Below, in pieces: positions 59,520 through 64,000 of a DNA stretch of 64,000 bases. The notes beneath the pieces were generated by a model, which was not told the origin of the DNA, made no database searches, and saw nothing but the letters and a program-made list of their open reading frames with translations. Each line of letters begins with the position of its first letter. Within the stretch, counting starts at the first letter, position 1. The position numbers were made by a program, and so were the translations under genes. Source of the stretch: Vulcanimicrobiota bacterium (GTDB lineage Bacteria; Vulcanimicrobiota; Vulcanimicrobiia; Vulcanimicrobiales; Vulcanimicrobiaceae); assembly GCA_963812155.1 (NCBI GenBank), contig CAWETW010000001.1, positions 704,001 through 768,000 of the forward strand, given 5' to 3'.

Positions 59520-59895
59520 ATATGAGAATGAGCGGCTGGAAGATGATTGACGCCGGGCGGCCCGACGAGGTAAATAGCGTTCTGGCTACTCGTTGCCGCA
59601 CCGGAACTGAGTCTGCGGCGTAGAACACGGCCAGGCGGCGTACGAAAGCGCGAAAGTCCAACTTGCGAGTCAGCAATGGAAACGATAGCAATGACTATGC
59701 AGCGGTAAAAAGCAAAGTCATAGCCGAGATATTGGAACGCCATTAAGCGAATGCTACGCCAGGCAATGCATGGTGACACCCTCTGCATCGAGGCGCATGG
59801 GCTAGGCGCCGAGGCGTAGCGCTCGCAATTGCAATGGCGCTACGATTGCGGCGGCCCCCACCGTTGCGGAGGGTCTCCATTCGCCGGTTCAGCCC

Positions 59896-59924
59896 TTGAC
59901 GCTGGACCCCGTGCGTGCTATGGT
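59896..59924 (+). promoter_or_regulatory. Sigma70-type promoter of the Met operon
   Basis: TTGACG (59896-59901), 17-bp spacer with TG at the extended -10 position, TATGGT (59919-59924); ATG 59932 lies at the expected +1. Confidence 0.7.
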
Positions 59925-59931
59925 TTCGGCC

Positions 59932-60018
59932 ATGTCCCGGAAGCCAGTTTGTATGTTTCGTCCCATGTGCCGAATGCAGATGCATTTGGTGAGGGTCGGC
60001 ATGGAGCACGCTACGTAG
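59932..60018 (+). CDS. Met/Cys-rich leader peptide (putative attenuator peptide) MSRKPVCMFRPMCRMQMHLVRVGMEHAT
   Basis: 28 codons, 6 Met and 2 Cys, between promoter and terminator upstream of hom-metX-metB. Confidence 0.72.
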   Translation: MSRKPVCMFRPMCRMQMHLVRVGMEHAT

Positions 60019-60043
60019 TTTCCAAAATCGTTTCTTGCTTTAC

Positions 60044-60081
60044 GCGCCCCTCGTCGAATGACGTAAGGGGCGTTTTTATTT
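60044..60081 (+). terminator. Intrinsic terminator (attenuator) in the Met operon leader
   Basis: cgcccct-cgtc-gaat-gacg-ta-aggggcg then tttttattt. Confidence 0.82.
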
Positions 60082-60115
60082 CGTCGCTTTCCCATCTCAC
60101 CAGGAGGCTCGAAAC

Positions 60116-61246
60116 ATGAACGTGACCGTCGGAATCGGATTGCTCGGTTGCGGCACCGTCGGCTCGGAGGTCGCCGATCGTTTGGAGCGCGAGCGCGACG
60201 CGATCGAGCGCGCCGCCGGCGTGCGCTACGAACTCTGCGGCGTCGCGATTCGCGATGCGGCCAAAGACCGCCCGGATTCACTCGAGCGCCGCTTATTCAC
60301 GCGCGACGCGGTCGCGCTGGTCGACGATGCACGGGTGGATCTGGTCGTCGAACTCATCGGCGGCTCGACCGAGGCGGCCGGTTTGGTCGAGCGGGCGCTG
60401 GATCGCGGACGGCACGTCGTCACGGCAAACAAAGACGTCATCGGCACGCAAGGGCCGCGCTTGCGCGCGCTGGCGGCAACGCGCGCGGTCGCATTACGTT
60501 TCGATGCGGCGGTGGCCGGAGCAATTCCGCTGCTGCGGACGATCGGCGAAGCCCTAGCGGGCGACGAAGTGCGAGCGGTTGCAGGCATTCTCAACGGCAC
60601 GTGCGGTTTTATCCTCGAGGCGATGGAACGCGGTGCGTCGTTCGAAGAGGCGCTGGCGTGCGCGCGCGATTTAGGCTACGCGGAATCGGACGCGTCGAAC
60701 GACGTCGAAGGCACCGACGCCGCGCACAAACTCGCGGCGATCGCGCAACTTGCGTTCGGCGTCGCCGTCATTTCGCCGCGCATTCGGCGGCGCGGCATTC
60801 TCGGTGTTTCGGCACGCGATATCGAAGCGGCCGCAGCGAGCGGCATGCGGTTGCGTCTGCTCGCCGCGACGGCGCGCACGGACCGCGGCATCGCGGCGGA
60901 AGTTGCGGTCGCCCTCGTTCCGCGCGAGCACGAGTTTGCGCGCACGGAAGGTGCCGAGAACGTCGCGCACGTCGTCGCGCGCGATGCGGGGCGGCTCTCG
61001 CTGCGCGGCAGCGGCGCGGGTGGGCGCGCCACCGCATCGGCCGTGCTGGGCGACGTGGTCGCGGTGCTGCGCGAACTCGGCGAACGCCGCGATTTCTCGG
61101 CACGGCAACGCTTCCCGGCGCTCGAGCCCGCGCTCGACGTCGCGCCGTTCTTCGAACGGCACCGGCGGCTCGACGCGTTGCCCGATTTTCCGGTGTGGGA
61201 CGACGAGGCGATCGCCGGCGCGCTGCGGCCGGAAGCGTGCGCGTGA
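60116..61246 (+). CDS. hom: Homoserine dehydrogenase
   Basis: GLLGCGTVG, VVELIGG, HVVTANK, GILNGT, LGYAESD...DVEG.DAAHK, GAGGRATASAV; RBS aggagg. Confidence 0.92.
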   Translation: MNVTVGIGLLGCGTVGSEVADRLERERDAIERAAGVRYELCGVAIRDAAKDRPDSLERRLFTRDAVALVDDARVDLVVELIGGSTEAAGLVERALDRGRHVVTANKDVIGTQGPRLRALAATRAVALRFDAAVAGAIPLLRTIGEALAGDEVRAVAGILNGTCGFILEAMERGASFEEALACARDLGYAESDASNDVEGTDAAHKLAAIAQLAFGVAVISPRIRRRGILGVSARDIEAAAASGMRLRLLAATARTDRGIAAEVAVALVPREHEFARTEGAENVAHVVARDAGRLSLRGSGAGGRATASAVLGDVVAVLRELGERRDFSARQRFPALEPALDVAPFFERHRRLDALPDFPVWDDEAIAGALRPEACA

Positions 61247-62244
61247 TGCGCGAGGAAACGATCGGCATCGGCCCGTTCACGCTCGACAGCGGCGACGTTC
61301 TTGCCGCGGTCGAACAGCGCGTGACGATTTACGGCACGCCGAACGCCGAACGTTCCAACCTCGTGCTCGTCACGCACGCGCTCACGGGTTCGAGCCGCGC
61401 CGCAGAGTGGTGGCCGGGCATCGTGGGCGACGGCGGCCTCTTCGACCCGCGGCACTGGTGCGTCATCGGCATCAACGCGCTGGGAAGTTGCTACGGTTCG
61501 ACCGGCCCTGCGTCGCCGGCGCCCGGCGATCTTCCGTACGGCGCTGCGTTTCCGCGCGCCGGCGTGGGCGACTTCGTGCGCGCGCAAATGCGGGCGCTCG
61601 ATCGCCTCGGATTCGAGGATCTTGCGTTCGTTATCGGTGGTTCGCTCGGCGGAATGCAGGCATTGCAGTGGGCGCTCGCGGCGCCGCAACGCGTTCGCCA
61701 TGCCATCATCGTCGGAGCGCACGACGGTTTGCATGCGATGAGCCTCGCACTCTGCGCGCTGCAGCGCGAGGCGCTGTTGCTCGACCCCGCCGGCGGGTTG
61801 CGGCTGGCGCGCAAGATTGCGATGCTGACGTACAAAAGCGCCCCGCTGCTCGACGCGCGCCACGGCCGGCGCGCGGATCGACGGCAGTCCGATCGCTTCG
61901 ATGTCGAGGGCTATCTCGACGTGCAAGCCGATCGGCTGGCGGCGCGGATGGACGCTCGAAGTTACGACGTGCTCACGCAGGCGATGATGACGTTCGACGT
62001 ACGCGACGTCCACACGAACGGCTTCACGGGCCGCCGGCCGGCGCTGACGTTCGTCGGCATCGGGTCGGATTGGCTCTTTCCCGCGGACGAAGTGCGCGAA
62101 GCGGCGGAACGATTTGCCGCGCGCGGGTTCGACGCACGCTACCTGTATCTCGAGTCTCAGCACGGCCACGATGCATTCTTGGCCGACGCGGCGGCACTAC
62201 GCGCACTGCTCGAACCGGTCATCGCGGAGTGCGGCGTATGCTGA
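61246..62244 (+). CDS. metX: Homoserine O-acetyltransferase (MetX family)
   Basis: HALTGS, WW..IVG, NALGSCYGSTGP, GGSLGGMQAL, SDWLFP, HGHDAFL; TGATG coupling to hom. Confidence 0.88.
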   Translation: MREETIGIGPFTLDSGDVLAAVEQRVTIYGTPNAERSNLVLVTHALTGSSRAAEWWPGIVGDGGLFDPRHWCVIGINALGSCYGSTGPASPAPGDLPYGAAFPRAGVGDFVRAQMRALDRLGFEDLAFVIGGSLGGMQALQWALAAPQRVRHAIIVGAHDGLHAMSLALCALQREALLLDPAGGLRLARKIAMLTYKSAPLLDARHGRRADRRQSDRFDVEGYLDVQADRLAARMDARSYDVLTQAMMTFDVRDVHTNGFTGRRPALTFVGIGSDWLFPADEVREAAERFAARGFDARYLYLESQHGHDAFLADAAALRALLEPVIAECGVC

Positions 62245-63416
62245 CCGCTGCCAAGCCTGCGACGGCGCGCCGGGGATTTTCTACGCGCGCGATTTGGAGC
62301 GGCCAGGAACCGTGCGCGGCAACCGGCGCGACGATCATCCCCGTCTATCAAACGGCGACGTTCACGCTTCCGGAAGTCGGCGTTTCCAAGGGATTCGACT
62401 ACTCGCGTTCGGGAAATCCGACGCGCTTAGCGCTGGAACGGCAGATTACGTCGCTGGAAGAAGGCGCGTGCGCGAGCGCGTTTGGTTCGGGAATGGCGGC
62501 AGTTGCGGGCGCGTTGTCGCTGTTGCGTTGCGGCGACCATCTCCTCGCGGCGCGCGACATCTACGGTGGAACGCACCGGCTCTTCACGCAAGTGCTGCCC
62601 GCGTACGGGATCGACGTCACGTTCGTCGACACGACCGACGTTGACGCAACGTGGGCGCGAGCGGGGCCGAACACGCGGATGCTGTGGCTGGAAACGCCGA
62701 GCAATCCGGCACTGAGCCTCTCCGACATTGCGGCGTTCGCGCGCACGAAACCACGCCGCGTGCTGGTTGCGGTCGACAACACGTTTGCGTCGCCGTTTCT
62801 GCAGCGTCCGCTGGTGCTCGGCGCCGATCTCGTGGTGCATTCGACGACGAAATACATCTGCGGGCACAGCGACGTTGTCGGCGGCGCTGTGGTTGCAGCC
62901 GACGATGCGGTCGGCGAGCGGATTGCGTTCCATCAAAATGCGGTCGGCGCCGTGCCCGGCCCGTGGGACGCGTACCTCACGCTGCGCGGGGTAAAAACGC
63001 TAGCGCTGCGGATGCTCGTGCACTCGCGCAACGCGCAGCGCATCGCGGAGTTTCTTTCCGCGCGCAACGACGTCGCGGAGGTTCGGTATCCCGGATTGCC
63101 GGAGCACCCGCAGCACGATCTCGCGCGGCGGCAGATGGAGGGCTTCGGCGGCATCGTGACGTTTCGTCCCGCCGGCGGAACGCGGCGCGCGCGCGCCGTC
63201 GCACAAGCGACGTCGGTATTTACGCTCGCCGTGTCGCTCGGCGGCGTCGAGTCGCTGGTGTGCAGCCCGGCAGTGATGACGCACGCATCGCTCACGCCGC
63301 ACGAGCGCGAGCAACTCGGCATTACCGAGGATTTGCTGCGGCTCTCAGTGGGCATCGAAGACTCCGACGATCTCATCGCGGATTTGTCGGCGGCGCTCGA
63401 CGCGGCCGATTGCTAG
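62238..63416 (+). CDS. metB: PLP-dependent cystathionine gamma-synthase/lyase
   Basis: YSRSGNPT, FGSGMAA, YGGT, ETPSNP, VDNTF, HSTTKYICGHSD, SLGGVESL, LRLSVGIE; metB versus metC assigned from context only. Confidence 0.8.
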   Translation: MLTAAKPATARRGFSTRAIWSGQEPCAATGATIIPVYQTATFTLPEVGVSKGFDYSRSGNPTRLALERQITSLEEGACASAFGSGMAAVAGALSLLRCGDHLLAARDIYGGTHRLFTQVLPAYGIDVTFVDTTDVDATWARAGPNTRMLWLETPSNPALSLSDIAAFARTKPRRVLVAVDNTFASPFLQRPLVLGADLVVHSTTKYICGHSDVVGGAVVAADDAVGERIAFHQNAVGAVPGPWDAYLTLRGVKTLALRMLVHSRNAQRIAEFLSARNDVAEVRYPGLPEHPQHDLARRQMEGFGGIVTFRPAGGTRRARAVAQATSVFTLAVSLGGVESLVCSPAVMTHASLTPHEREQLGITEDLLRLSVGIEDSDDLIADLSAALDAADC

Positions 63417-63542
63417 CTTGCTCCAGTGCACGAAAACAGCGTGCCGCCAGCGGCGTAGTCCAGGCATTGCGAGCGCCAGCACCGTAGTAGGGGGAGCAAC
63501 CCGGGTGATGTTGCGCTCCTACTTCTCCTGAGGAGTGCTGTT

Positions 63543-64000
63543 TTGCACATCTATAAGAAGCGTTCTTTCGCTTGGGCGCCGGCGCTCGGCCCGGCGTTCC
63601 TTCTTCTCGCAGCCTGTTCCAATTCCGGATCCGCGCAGTTGCCGGCAACCGGTAACGCGGGCGGCATGCCGTCGCAATTCGTTTCGATGGACGATCGCGC
63701 GCCGGCCATGCGGCCGAATGCGACCGGGAAACTGGTTTTCGTCGATCCAATGGTGGTCGCGGCGCAGGTGTACGTCGCTTCGTACGACGCGTCGGGCTCG
63801 ACGCCGGTGGACGACTACCATGCCAACGACTCGAAGAACAACGGTCACTTCTGCCAGATTAAATCGGTCGGTGAGGGCATCAACGCCCTCGGCGTCGATG
63901 CATCCGACGAACTGTGGGTGCCGCAAGGTCTCGATCTCAAATCCGGCAAGGCCGACATCGTGTCGTACGCTCCGAACTGCGGCGCCGAAGGTACCACGCT
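63543..64000 (+). CDS. Secreted lipoprotein (3'-truncated by window)
   Basis: RBS gaggag, TTG start; LHIYKKRSFAWAPALGPAFLLLAAC; later QVYVAS and ALGVDASDELWVP; open to window end. Confidence 0.65.
   Translation, partial: MHIYKKRSFAWAPALGPAFLLLAACSNSGSAQLPATGNAGGMPSQFVSMDDRAPAMRPNATGKLVFVDPMVVAAQVYVASYDASGSTPVDDYHANDSKNNGHFCQIKSVGEGINALGVDASDELWVPQGLDLKSGKADIVSYAPNCGAEGTT

Noticed and set aside
57184..59531. Integron attC cassette array
   Set aside because: The repeats are direct, lack RYYYAAC/GTTRRRY palindromic ends, and no integrase is in the window; retained only as an unexplained cassette-like pattern.
59930..60080. SAM-I riboswitch or T-box upstream of the Met operon
   Set aside because: No ATC.AGAG...GCAAC...GGTGC order of SAM-I elements and no T-box GGTGG.ACC motif visible; the leader ORF model fits better. 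An Infernal search is still needed.

Overview
GC-rich bacterial chromosomal window with no rRNA, tRNA, CRISPR array, transposase or integrase recognised. The many N-terminally lipidated repeat/beta-propeller proteins resemble those of Candidatus Eremiobacterota genomes (inference, not verified). Housekeeping blocks: a glycogen/maltodextrin cluster (glgB, MalT-like regulator, glgX, malQ, nucleotidyltransferase-phosphomannomutase fusion), a GH63-like glycosidase-ppgK-pgi-gnd-zwf operon, and a hom-metX-metB methionine operon. Between them lie 17 genes with lipoprotein signal peptides, mostly divergent propeller/repeat proteins, and a dispersed REP-like hairpin family. Several conserved genes carry single-base frameshifts, most likely read or assembly errors. 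The most notable finding is upstream of the Met operon. A sigma70-type promoter starts a probably leaderless 28-codon ORF with 6 Met and 2 Cys codons (59932-60018), followed by mutually exclusive protector, antiterminator and terminator helices. This is a candidate methionine-sensing, ribosome-mediated transcription attenuator. Second, adjacent lipoprotein genes at 57.2-59.5 kb are framed by direct repeats of a shared leader module, which suggests cassette-like turnover.
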